Part shown: piece after piece, positions 47,888 through 56,970 of the stretch
Position numbering within the stretch: position 1 is the stretch's first letter
Layout: each line of letters starts with the position of its first letter
DNA from: Chloroflexota bacterium
GTDB taxonomy: Bacteria > Chloroflexota > JAJPGV01
NCBI GenBank assembly: GCA_050695655.1
Contig: JBOGTU010000077.1
Location: forward strand, 20,397-84,396
DNA length: 64,000 nucleotides
Reading direction: 5' to 3'
Position numbers and translations under genes: made by a program
Notes under the pieces: generated by a model
What the model was told of the DNA's origin: nothing
What the model saw: only the letters and a program-made list of their open reading frames with translations
Database searches by the model: none

Positions 47888-49108
47888 CTATAGTGAGAAC
47901 TCCTGAAAACGATCGGTCAGGCTGTGGGGCAGGTCGCGGTAGTAGCTTTCCAGGCCGGCGAAGCGGCGCGCTTCGGGCAGGGGGCGCAGGGGCCGCCGCT
48001 CCCGGGCTGCACGCTGGATCACCTCGGCCATGGGCTTGGGTGAGCCGTCGGCGCGAATAAGCCCAAAGCTGCGCTCGTGCACATGCGTATTCAGCGGCGG
48101 CGCGCCGAAGAGCGCGGGATCGTAGTCGGCCCAGCACCAGGCAAAGGCGCCCAGTGAACCGGCGTTCCACAGTTTCTCCAGCACCTCGTCGTAATAGGCG
48201 GCGGCCTCATCTTCGCCGGCCAGGTACTGGTGCAGCCGGCCGCCCCGCGTTGCGATGTCCACGAAATGGCCGGCGGCGCCGCGCTCGGCGGTGCACACGC
48301 CGAACTCCTCGAACAGCACGGGCTTGCGGCCCAAGCTTTCGGTGAGGATGTTCAGGAACGGGCACACGTCCGAATCCAGTGGCGCCTTGGCCCAGCTGGC
48401 GTAGACCGAGTAGCCGTGCATGCACAGGAAGTCGTTCGATTCGGCCATGCTGAGTGGGCTCAGCCGGCGGTCGGCCTCGAGATCCTGGCTGTGCAGGCCA
48501 CAGCTTACGAGCGCGCCGGAGGCGGCCGAGCGGATGGCCTCCGCCAGGCGATTTGCCCACTGCGCGGCCACCTCCTCGCTGGGTGGAAGCACCACGTTCG
48601 AGGACTCGTTGCCCAGGTCCCAGAAGAGGATGGCCGGGTGCTGCGCAAATGCACCCGCCAGCACGCGCGCCTGGAGCTCTTGCGCCTCCACCATGGCAGG
48701 CTCCGAGAAGAGGGGGCGCGTGAACCGGTTCGCCACGCTGTCGTTCACAATGGTGGCGAAACGGGAGGGGTTGTCGCCGATCTCCGTGGCCCAGTGCGGC
48801 AGCCAGTTGCAGCCGCTCATGTGCCCGGTGAAGAGCACTGGCACGACGCGCAGCTTGAGGTCATCGGCTATCTGGAGCACTCGCTCCAGGTTGTTCATCT
48901 GCTTCACATCCACCCGCTGCCGTTCCGGCTGGAAGTCCTCCCACAGCAGCGAGATGCGCACGGCCTCCAGGTTCAGACCCTTGATCTGCTCAAACTCCCG
49001 CTCCACCTCATCCACGGAGAAGTTCTTCCACCAGTACATGGCGGAGCGTTGAGGCCAGTAGTTCACCCCCAGCACGAAGTGGTCGAACGGCAGAGGCTGG
49101 TCAGGCAT
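47888..49108 (-). CDS. Glycoside hydrolase family 5-like (TIM-barrel; beta-mannanase/cellulase superfamily)
   Basis: VNYWP...EFEQIKGLNLEAVR. Catalytic acid region WDLGNESSN and nucleophile region VLFEEFG. Confidence 0.65.
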   Translation of the reverse strand: MPDQPLPFDHFVLGVNYWPQRSAMYWWKNFSVDEVEREFEQIKGLNLEAVRISLLWEDFQPERQRVDVKQMNNLERVLQIADDLKLRVVPVLFTGHMSGCNWLPHWATEIGDNPSRFATIVNDSVANRFTRPLFSEPAMVEAQELQARVLAGAFAQHPAILFWDLGNESSNVVLPPSEEVAAQWANRLAEAIRSAASGALVSCGLHSQDLEADRRLSPLSMAESNDFLCMHGYSVYASWAKAPLDSDVCPFLNILTESLGRKPVLFEEFGVCTAERGAAGHFVDIATRGGRLHQYLAGEDEAAAYYDEVLEKLWNAGSLGAFAWCWADYDPALFGAPPLNTHVHERSFGLIRADGSPKPMAEVIQRAARERRPLRPLPEARRFAGLESYYRDLPHSLTDRFQEFSL

Positions 49109-49144
49109 GCTTCACACCTGGTTGCCGTGGCGCTGTGATCGGCA

Positions 49145-50158
49145 TCAACCGATCAGCCGCTCGTACACCCGCAGGTAGCCGTCCACCATGTGATCCACGC
49201 TGAAGCGGCTGGCCACCCACGCTCGGCACGCGGCTCGATCGATGCGCTCGATGCCCCGCACGGCCTCCACGGCCTCGTCCACGGAGTGCACCAGCCGGCC
49301 ACTGATGCCGTCGCCCAGCACTTCGCGGGGTGAGCCGAGGTCCATCGCCACCACAGGAGTGCCGCAGGCCAGGGATTCCACCATGGTCAAGCCGAAGCGC
49401 TCCGGCCGGGTCACCAGGTGCAGGCAGGCCAGGGCATTGCCCATCAGCTCGTCGCGCTCGCGCGGACCGGCCTCACCCACGAAGCGGATCTGCCGTCCAT
49501 CCAGCCGCGGCGCGATGTCACGCTCCCAGTATTCCCGATCCTGGTGGATGCCGGCAATCAGCAACGGCAACCCCGTGCGCAACGCCACGTCGATCGCCAG
49601 GTGCACGCCCTTCTCCGGGTGAAAGCGGCCCAGATACAGCAGGTAGCCGCCGGTGGGATTGGCGCGAAAGGTGAACTCAGCGAGATCGATGCCGTTGTAC
49701 ACGGTGGCCAGGTAGTTCAGCCGCGGGTCGCGGTCCGCGTTGGAGATGGATACATAGGCGTTGTCCCAGTACTTGTGGTAGACGGCCTTGATGGCCTCGG
49801 AGGAGAAACCGTGAATGGTGGTCAACAGCGGCGTGGCAACCAGGCGCGAGTAGGTGAGCGGCAGGAAGTCCTGGTGGCTGTGCAGCAGGTCGAACTCCCC
49901 CGCGCGCTCCATCGCCTCCGAGATGTGCAGCGGCACCCACACGTTGGGATCGATTTCGGGATCCTCGGAATAAGGTCGCGGGCACACGGCGTGCAGCGTG
50001 GCCGCGGTGACGGAATCACCCGTGGCGAAGAGGGTGACGCGCTGCCCGCGTGCGACCAGCCCCTCCGTGAGGTTGTGCACCACCGTTTCCCAGGCACCAT
50101 AGCCACGCGGCGGGGTGCGCCAGGAAATGGGGCCCAACATGCCGATGTTCATCGCCAC
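49145..50158 (-). CDS. Glycosyltransferase family 4 (GT-B fold)
   Basis: EKGVHLAIDVA...LLIAG and E.FGLTMVESLACGTPVVA motifs. Confidence 0.75.
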   Translation of the reverse strand: MAMNIGMLGPISWRTPPRGYGAWETVVHNLTEGLVARGQRVTLFATGDSVTAATLHAVCPRPYSEDPEIDPNVWVPLHISEAMERAGEFDLLHSHQDFLPLTYSRLVATPLLTTIHGFSSEAIKAVYHKYWDNAYVSISNADRDPRLNYLATVYNGIDLAEFTFRANPTGGYLLYLGRFHPEKGVHLAIDVALRTGLPLLIAGIHQDREYWERDIAPRLDGRQIRFVGEAGPRERDELMGNALACLHLVTRPERFGLTMVESLACGTPVVAMDLGSPREVLGDGISGRLVHSVDEAVEAVRGIERIDRAACRAWVASRFSVDHMVDGYLRVYERLIG

Positions 50159-50183
50159 GTGCCGCCCATCGTCCCCATGCTCG

Positions 50184-51560
50184 CTACTGAGAGATGAGCC
50201 GCACGGCGCGGTCGAAGAAGAGATAGTCCCACGCCCAGTTCACCATGACCAGCAGCCGGTTGCGGAAACCCACCAGCAGCAGGATGTGCACTGTGAGCCA
50301 CAACACCCAGGCGAAGAAGCCCGTCACCTCCAGCCGGCCAATCTGAGCCACGGCGGCGTTGCGGCCGATGGTCGCCATAGTGCCGCGGTCCCGATAACGG
50401 AAGCGTTGTGCCGGCTGGCCGGCGAGGTTCCGGCGAATCATGGCCGCCGCGTGCTCCCCCTGCTGCATAGCCACGGGGGCCAGCATGGGCAGCGGGGCGC
50501 CCTTAAGCTCCAGGTAGGCCAGGTCACCAATGACGAAGACTTCGGCATGGCCGGCCAGCTGCAGCGTGGGCTGCACGGGTACGCGCCCGCCGCGCGCCAG
50601 TTCCACACCCAGCGCCTGGCCCAGGTCTGTGGCCCGCACCCCGGCATTCCACACCAGGGTGTGGCTGGCAATGCCGCTGCCATCGGACAGCGCGATGCGC
50701 TCGCCGTCGTAGCCCTTCACCAGGGTGCCCAGGCGCACTTCCACGCCCTTCTGCCGCAGCTTCTTCAGCGCGGATTTCCGGAGCCCATCGGCCATGGGCG
50801 GCAGCAGGTGCGGAGCACCCTCCACCAGCACCACCCGCACGTCTCGCGTATCCAGTGCGGGGTAATCCTGCACCAGCACCAGGCGGATGAGCTCGGCCAG
50901 CGCGCCGGCGTATTCCACGCCCGTGGGTCCGCCGCCGGCCACGACAAAGGTGAGCATCGCCGCGCGGCGCTGGGGGTCCGCTTCGGCACTCACCCGCTCG
51001 AACTGCTCCAGCAGATGGTTGCGCAGCGCCACGGCCTGGTCCAGGTTCTTCAGGCTGAGCGCGCGCTCCTCCAGGTGGGGGATGCCGAAGTAGTTGGTGG
51101 TGCTGCCGGAGGCCACCACCAGGTAGTCGTACGGCACGGGGCCGCCGTCCGTGAGCACGGTACGCTCGGCCAAGTCAAGGCCCTGCACGGCTGCCAGGCG
51201 GAAGCGCACGTTGCGCGTGCGCTTGAGGATGCGGCGGACTGGGTGCGCGATCTCCTCCGGCTCCACGGCGGCCGTGGCTACCTGGTACAACAGCGGCTGA
51301 AAGAGGTGGTAGTTGTGCTGATCCAGCAGTGTCACCTCGACCTCGGCGCCAGCCAGCGCGCGGGCCGTGCGGAGGCCGCCGAAGCCGGCACCAATCACCA
51401 CCACGCGCGGCCAGCCACCCAGGATGGGTGCGTCGGCGTCGCGCTTGCGTTCGCGGCCCACCAGGTACAGCAAGGCACCCACCAAGCCCGCGGCCATTTT
51501 TGCCGCCCACACCCGCGGCCACCGGCGCGACACGCGCATGCGCTGCATTATCCCGCGCAC
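50184..51560 (-). CDS. ndh: Type II NADH dehydrogenase (NDH-2) with C-terminal membrane anchor
   Basis: Two dinucleotide-binding motifs (VVIGAGFGG; VVAGGGPTGVE) and C-terminal hydrophobic helices. Confidence 0.8.
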   Translation of the reverse strand: MRGIMQRMRVSRRWPRVWAAKMAAGLVGALLYLVGRERKRDADAPILGGWPRVVVIGAGFGGLRTARALAGAEVEVTLLDQHNYHLFQPLLYQVATAAVEPEEIAHPVRRILKRTRNVRFRLAAVQGLDLAERTVLTDGGPVPYDYLVVASGSTTNYFGIPHLEERALSLKNLDQAVALRNHLLEQFERVSAEADPQRRAAMLTFVVAGGGPTGVEYAGALAELIRLVLVQDYPALDTRDVRVVLVEGAPHLLPPMADGLRKSALKKLRQKGVEVRLGTLVKGYDGERIALSDGSGIASHTLVWNAGVRATDLGQALGVELARGGRVPVQPTLQLAGHAEVFVIGDLAYLELKGAPLPMLAPVAMQQGEHAAAMIRRNLAGQPAQRFRYRDRGTMATIGRNAAVAQIGRLEVTGFFAWVLWLTVHILLLVGFRNRLLVMVNWAWDYLFFDRAVRLISQ

Positions 51561-51597
51561 AGCGTTTGGGCCTGCAAGTGTTGTGCCGTTGAAACGG

Positions 51598-51629
51598 TAA
51601 GGCCCGGCGCATTCCTCCGCCGGGCCTTA
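51598..51629. other. Perfect 12-bp stem / 8-nt loop hairpin in the 370-nt gap upstream of ndh
   Basis: TAAGGCCCGGCG-CATTCCTC-CGCCGGGCCTTA. Preceded by a second small hairpin, CCGTTGAAACGG. Confidence 0.35.
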
Positions 51630-51929
51630 CCGCAACTGGGTGCCGTGATGGGGGCTGGAATCCATTCCAGCTCACTCCGCTAGGAGCGCCTCACCCCGAG
51701 CATCCCTGCCTCAATCTCAACTATCGACGGCCTGTGCTCAAGCTTTACGACCAGGCGGCGATGCGAGGCCGGAGTATGCCATCCGCACGGACTCAATCCA
51801 GTTCCTTTCCCGACTGGGAGAGGCGAAGGCGAAGGCGAGGGCCTGGCCCTCGATCTCTATCCAGTCAGCAAGCTCCGGGCATTCGGTCATCAGATGGGGA
51901 GACCAGCCGCGGCGACGTGGCCGCGGCGC

Positions 51930-53246
51930 TCAACTGCCGGTGCACTGGTGGTGGTAAACCTGCGTCAGCTGCTGCACGAAGCCGCTGGGGTCGCTCATCA
52001 CCTCGGCGGCAATGCCATTCAAAAATTGATCCAGCTTGTCCACCGGGCCGGCTTTGCCGCCGGGGTAGAACCACAGCCACACGTCCGCCTGGTGGCGAAA
52101 GGCTGTGAGCTCGGTATCGTAGCAGCCCTGAACGCTGGTGATGTCCACTCCGCCCCAGTAGTCCAGCGCATGGGAGCTTTCGTGCGCAATGAGGTCGGCG
52201 ATGTCGTGCGCGTCCTCTCCAAGGCTCGTGCTGTTGATGCGGATCGTGTTGTCGTCCGGGCTGAAGTAGCCCAGTTCACCTGGCTGGCTGATCGTGGCGA
52301 CAATGACGTTGACCTGATGGTCGGCCAGGTTCTGCATGTAGGCGGTGTGGTGCGCTTGGTCGTACTGCCGCAGCAGGTCGACTGCCGGTTGCAGCACGGC
52401 CATGGCCTGCGCGGCGGGTGGTTGGCCGGGCGCCGCCTGGCCGGGGCTGAGGCCAACCTGCGCCGCCGTGGGGACCAGGCCAAACTGCTTGGCCAGGTCG
52501 CCCCCCAGAATCGGCACCACGGTGCCGGCCGCCGGCTGGCCCGGCACCCTATCGAGCCATAGCTGGAAGGCGGCACGCTGAAAGCGCTGCACAATGAACG
52601 GGCCAGCGCGCACCGGCAGCGAAGTGGGCAGGCCGTACAAGCTGATCGCATCCGCCGTGTTCCACGGGCCGGCTGTGGGGTTGGGATTGGCGAGGAACTT
52701 GGCCTTAATCGGTGCGTTGGTGAGCCAGCCGAAACGGATCTGCACTGCTTTGGCGTACTTGCCATCGGAGCCATCGTTGGCGATGGGCGGAGGAATGCCA
52801 AGCGCCTGGAGCCGCGCATCGTCGCCCTGCCGGCTGAGCTGATCGAACAGGTTGGCTAGCTCCACGCCATCGGCCTCCGGGTGCCACTGCAGCAGCGCGG
52901 TCTGGGTGGCCTGGTAAACGAAGCCGTCCGCGCCCAGGTAGCGGTTAGACGCGGGATAGCCCAGATCTGCCACGCCGCCCAGGTGGGCGAAGGCGGAGTA
53001 GAGCTTTATGGTTTGGCCGCGTCCATCCAGCCCCGTGTCCTGAATCTCAAAGCCCCGGCCGCCGCCCCCTCCGGCCTGGCTGTAGAACCAGCCCGAAGCC
53101 ACTTGGTAATCCACCGGCGCCGCCTGAACGCGCGGCGGGGCCAGCCACAGCAGAGTGGCGCCGATCAGCACCGCGACCAGCATTTTGCTCACGCATCGCC
53201 CGGCCGCGGTTGGAAAATGCCCCACAACGAACAGTAAACGCTGCAC
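51930..53246 (-). CDS. Secreted protein with a C-terminal HExxH (IAHESSHALDY) putative zinc-metallopeptidase-like domain
   Basis: Signal-peptide-like MLVAVLIGATLLWLAPPRVQAAP near the N-terminus. HESSH motif. Gly-rich segment. Confidence 0.5.
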   Translation of the reverse strand: MQRLLFVVGHFPTAAGRCVSKMLVAVLIGATLLWLAPPRVQAAPVDYQVASGWFYSQAGGGGGRGFEIQDTGLDGRGQTIKLYSAFAHLGGVADLGYPASNRYLGADGFVYQATQTALLQWHPEADGVELANLFDQLSRQGDDARLQALGIPPPIANDGSDGKYAKAVQIRFGWLTNAPIKAKFLANPNPTAGPWNTADAISLYGLPTSLPVRAGPFIVQRFQRAAFQLWLDRVPGQPAAGTVVPILGGDLAKQFGLVPTAAQVGLSPGQAAPGQPPAAQAMAVLQPAVDLLRQYDQAHHTAYMQNLADHQVNVIVATISQPGELGYFSPDDNTIRINSTSLGEDAHDIADLIAHESSHALDYWGGVDITSVQGCYDTELTAFRHQADVWLWFYPGGKAGPVDKLDQFLNGIAAEVMSDPSGFVQQLTQVYHHQCTGS

Positions 53247-53351
53247 GGTGCATAGAAGTTATCGCGAGGGTCACCGGGGGCAGGAAATCACCACCAGCAG
53301 GAACAGCATCGTGCCCGCTGGCGATGCTAGTGCTCAGACAGTCTGGGGCTT

Positions 53352-54377
53352 CTACACCACGACGTCGCCGCCACCACCGCGGATGACGACGATCTCATCC
53401 GCCTCTTCGAGCCGCCGGATGATCTTGACGATGCGCTGCTGTGCCTCTTCCACATTGCGCAGCCGCACCGGGCCGGACACGGCCATATCTTCCCGCAGCA
53501 TGTCCGCCGCGCGGGTGGACATGTTCTTGAAAATGCGCTCCTTCACGCCTTCGCTGGCGCCACGCACGGCCATGGCAAGCTCTTTGGCGTCCACCTCTTT
53601 CAGGACACGCTGAATGGACTTGTCGTCCAGCAGGGTCACATTTTCGAAGACGAACATGTGCTTCTTGATGTCTTCGGCCAGGTCCGGCGCATCCTGGTCG
53701 AGCGTATCCAGGATGTTTTTCTCGGTGACGCGGTCCACCTGGTTCATCACCTTCACCAGGTAGTCCAGTCCGCCCATCGTGGTGGTTTCCTGGGTGAGCA
53801 CGCCACCCAGCTTCTTCTCCAGCGCGGCGCCCACCACCTCCATGATGTCCGGGCTGGTGCGGTCCATGGTGGCGATGCGGCGGGCGACGTCCGGCTGGAT
53901 CTGCGCCTCCAGCGCCGCGAGAATGGCGGCGGACTGGATGGGTGTGAGGTTCGAGAGGATGAGGGCCAGCGTTTGGGGGTGCTCGTTCTGAAGGTAGCTC
54001 ACCAACTGCACGGGGTCGGCCTTCTTGATGAAGGCGAAGGGCGTGGCCTTCATGGACGAGGTGATCTTGTCCAGGATCTCGTCGGCCTTTTCTTTGCCCA
54101 GGGCGCGCATCAGCGCGTCTTTGGCAAAGTCCACCCCGCCGGAGCTCACGTATTCGTGGCCCAGGGAGAGCTGGTAGGCTTCCTCGAACAGCGCGTCGCG
54201 AACGGCCGGATCCAGCCGCTCCATGTTCAGCAGCTCAGTGGTGATCTTGTCGATCTCACCCTCGGGCATCACCTTCAAGATGCCGCCGCTGATCTCGGGG
54301 CCAAGGCCAATGAGCAGGCCGGCGGCCTTCTCCTTGCCGGTCAGGGTGGTGAGCGATGTGCTTGCGTTGACGGCCAC
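53352..54377 (-). CDS. fliG: Flagellar motor switch protein FliG (orphan)
   Basis: 341 aa. GKEKAAGLLIGLG...PEISGGIL. C-terminal torque-helix region (LLDDKSIQRVLKEVDAKELAMAVRGASEGVKERIFKNMSTRAADMLREDMAVSGPVRL). GTG start with [13 protein letters not shown]. Confidence 0.8.
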   Translation of the reverse strand: MAVNASTSLTTLTGKEKAAGLLIGLGPEISGGILKVMPEGEIDKITTELLNMERLDPAVRDALFEEAYQLSLGHEYVSSGGVDFAKDALMRALGKEKADEILDKITSSMKATPFAFIKKADPVQLVSYLQNEHPQTLALILSNLTPIQSAAILAALEAQIQPDVARRIATMDRTSPDIMEVVGAALEKKLGGVLTQETTTMGGLDYLVKVMNQVDRVTEKNILDTLDQDAPDLAEDIKKHMFVFENVTLLDDKSIQRVLKEVDAKELAMAVRGASEGVKERIFKNMSTRAADMLREDMAVSGPVRLRNVEEAQQRIVKIIRRLEEADEIVVIRGGGGDVVV

Positions 54378-54560
54378 GATGACGACCCCTCTCTCGCTGA
54401 GCTGCCGAGCTGCCCGAATCTTAGCGCCTGGCCCTACCCGCGCGCGCTAGTCACGCCGCGGCGCTAGGAGCCCTACCTTCAAGCATCGGCCAGAACACGC
54501 ATTTGGTCCACCGCCGGCTGCGCGCAGTGCCTGTTTCCTGCTTGATGTAGAGTCTCGCTC

Positions 54561-55277
54561 ATGGATGGAGAAGGGAATCCGCGTACGCTGGCCATCGACA
54601 TCGGCGGGACAGGGTTGAAGATGGAGGTCATTGACGTGAACGGGCAGCCGCTCACTCAGCGGGCGCGCGTAGTGACACCTCATCCGGCTAAGCCGGCCGC
54701 CGTCCTGGCCGCGCTCAAAGGGCTGCTCGCCAACCAGGGGACATTTGACCGCGTCTCCGCCGGTTTTCCTGGCGTGGTGGTGGACGGCGTCACCAAAACG
54801 GCGCCCAACCTGCACCCCTCCTGGCGCGACTTCAACCTGGCCGATGCCTTGCGGGAGATGACGCAGCGCCCGGTGCACGTGGCCAACGATGCCGACGTGC
54901 AGGGCTACGGCGACATCGAGGGCCAGGGCGTGGAGATGGTGCTCACCCTCGGCACCGGCCTTGGCTCGGCGGTCTACGTGGATGGCCGGCTGCTGCCGAA
55001 TCTGGAACTGGGCCACCAGCCGTTCGACCGCGGGCAAACCTATGAGGAGCGCCTCGGCAACGCCGCGCTGGACAAGGTTGGCCCCAGGCGCTGGCGCAAG
55101 CGCGTGCTGCAGGTGGTGCACCAGCTGGAGCCCATCTGGAACTACCGCCTGCTCTACTTGGGTGGCGGCAACGCGCGCCTCCTCCATAAGGGCGACCTAC
55201 CCGCCAACGTCCGCATCGCCTCCAACACCGCCGGCCTCCTGGGCGGCATCGCCCTCTGGCAAGACCGCGGCCGCTGA
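54561..55277 (+). CDS. ROK-family sugar kinase (polyphosphate glucokinase-like)
   Basis: LAIDIGGTGLK ATP-binding N-terminus and the ROK signature region. Confidence 0.6.
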   Translation: MDGEGNPRTLAIDIGGTGLKMEVIDVNGQPLTQRARVVTPHPAKPAAVLAALKGLLANQGTFDRVSAGFPGVVVDGVTKTAPNLHPSWRDFNLADALREMTQRPVHVANDADVQGYGDIEGQGVEMVLTLGTGLGSAVYVDGRLLPNLELGHQPFDRGQTYEERLGNAALDKVGPRRWRKRVLQVVHQLEPIWNYRLLYLGGGNARLLHKGDLPANVRIASNTAGLLGGIALWQDRGR

Positions 55278-55574
55278 GCCTACCCTTAATAGGCGGGTGC
55301 AGCGCGCCAAGGGGCTCTCGAAGGTCCCAACGTTCTACGGTAGTTATCCCGATGACACCAAGAATTGGGGCGCGTATAGGCCGAGTACCCACGCAGCCTG
55401 CACTTGCATAGCCCGCATGCGTAGCCCTTTCCACAAAGCCGATTCTTGTGGGTGATGGGCAAAGGTTGAGCACGATGCTTCGGCACGTGGAGTAGTTGAC
55501 TGGCGACCAGGAACTGCCTTACGATCATGCTCAGGAGATCAGTTCGCAGCGCGATCTTCCTGGGCGTGGAAATG

Positions 55575-55610
55575 AAACAGGCGCCCTCGGGAAGCTCAGG
55601 TGCCTGTTTT
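55575..55610 (+). terminator. Intrinsic-terminator-like hairpin (11 bp stem incl. one G-U, 13-nt loop) followed by TTTT, in a 440-nt ORF-poor gap
   Basis: AAACAGGCGCC-ctcgggaagctca-GGTGCCTGTTTT. No convincing upstream ORF; candidate sRNA 3' end or islet boundary. Confidence 0.35.
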
Positions 55611-55716
55611 CGGTAGGTACGAGTTCGACACCTAGGCTACGGCCTCCCGCTCAGAAACCAGGCTCCTCGGGAGGGGCTTACAGGGCTATGCCCACGCAGG
55701 CAAGAAAGGGACCGTA

Positions 55717-56016
55717 GTGGAACAGATCAGAGAGCCAGTCGAGGATGGACCTGTCGCCGATGTTTACGCTGATGCGATGGGATTGGCAGTCTCAGCGTTT
55801 ACCGTCACGCTGTTGTACAGTCAGGCAAGCTCCAGGCCGAATCAACCGCCCACGCTGAAGGCGCGAATCCGGATGAGTCCAGAGCACGCCAAGGTGATGG
55901 CCATCCTGCTGAAGAAGGCTATCCGGGGATACGAGGAACAATTCAGCGCACAGATAAACGTGCCGCCTCAGGTCCTGGCGGGGCTTGGTATTTCCCCGCA
56001 CGACGATTGGCTCTAG
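55717..56016 (+). CDS. DUF3467 family protein
   Basis: VYADAMGLAVSAFTVTLLYSQ and KARIRMSPEHAKVMAILLKKAIRGYEEQF. Lies in a lower-GC segment. Confidence 0.55.
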   Translation: MEQIREPVEDGPVADVYADAMGLAVSAFTVTLLYSQASSRPNQPPTLKARIRMSPEHAKVMAILLKKAIRGYEEQFSAQINVPPQVLAGLGISPHDDWL

Positions 56017-56028
56017 GCGTGTCCGGCC

Positions 56029-56358
56029 ATGACCGAGGGCGAATTGCTGTGTGACATCAGGGATGCCATTCGACGCTGTGGGCTTATCTACAGCGAGCAT
56101 GTGGCCCAGCGGATACTCGAGCGGAAACAGCCGAACCGGCTACAGATTGCCACGATCCTGACGACCATCACATCAGAGCTCCTTGAGCGTTATGTCCACC
56201 GGGGTGGGCCGGTAGCTCTTGTGCGCGGTTCCGCAGATGGTCGTGTAGGGCACGTGGTATGCTGCGAACCACGACCGGAGGTCTGCGTCATCACTGCCTA
56301 CTGGCCTTCTCCAGACCAATGGGACGCTGAGTTTAGACGGAGAGTGCAAGGCACATAG
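56029..56358 (+). CDS. DUF4258 family protein (putative toxin-like component)
   Basis: YSEHVAQRILERKQ...LLERYVHRGG...HVVCCEPRPEVCVITAYWPSPDQW pattern of DUF4258. 12-nt gap from the upstream gene; 2-nt gap to the downstream gene. Confidence 0.55.
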   Translation: MTEGELLCDIRDAIRRCGLIYSEHVAQRILERKQPNRLQIATILTTITSELLERYVHRGGPVALVRGSADGRVGHVVCCEPRPEVCVITAYWPSPDQWDAEFRRRVQGT

Positions 56359-56360
56359 CT

Positions 56361-56702
56361 ATGAACTGCCAAGCGTGCGGGGGCCACATGGAAGAACAAA
56401 CCACTCGGTTCTGCGCGTGTGAGAAAGCCATGCCGATCATTGTGGAAGATGTCCCGACTTACGTGTGTACCCAGTGCGGCGCGAAAGCGTTCAGCGATGC
56501 GACGCTGCAAATGCTGGAGCGCGCCACATCTGGCGCCGCACCATTGGCCAAGATGCTGACCCTCTTGGCCTATGACTTCAAAACGCTTGGACAAGAACAA
56601 CCAAATCCGCCGATTGTCTTCGAGTTCGACGGACTGCAGATGCCACCCGTTGCGTCGGCGACATTCGAGCTCCTCCCGCCGACAGCCGTACCGTTCGTCT
56701 AA
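56361..56702 (+). CDS. YgiT/MqsA-type zinc-finger protein (putative antitoxin-like DNA-binding component)
   Basis: MNCQACGGHMEEQTTRF...VPTYVCTQCGAKAFSDATLQMLE: the CxxC...CxxC YgiT-type zinc ribbon. Confidence 0.55.
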   Translation: MNCQACGGHMEEQTTRFCACEKAMPIIVEDVPTYVCTQCGAKAFSDATLQMLERATSGAAPLAKMLTLLAYDFKTLGQEQPNPPIVFEFDGLQMPPVASATFELLPPTAVPFV

Positions 56703-56928
56703 TTCATCAGCACCTCGAAACGCTCTGCGTCCGTAGTGTCGCGCGCGCTGCGGCGGCTCGTCGCCCCAACGCAGACGGGGCAGGTACTCGCGGTATTCCT
56801 GATCTGTCAAGCGCAGAATCGCCCGAAAGCTGAGAACCTGCTTCCCACGCATGTGGTCACGCTACTCCCCTAACTGATTCTCACGGGGATAATAACTGTT
56901 TACTTATGAAATAACGCCAAAATACCCC

Positions 56929-56957
56929 GTTGACTGTAATAGTTGCGCGCCATACAG
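56929..56957 (+). promoter_or_regulatory. Putative sigma-70-type promoter for folC: TTGACT, 17 bp spacer, TACAGT
   Basis: In the AT-rich gap. The -10 ends 13 nt before the folC ATG, implying a very short leader. Confidence 0.4.
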
Positions 56958-56970
56958 TGGCTGCCACAAC

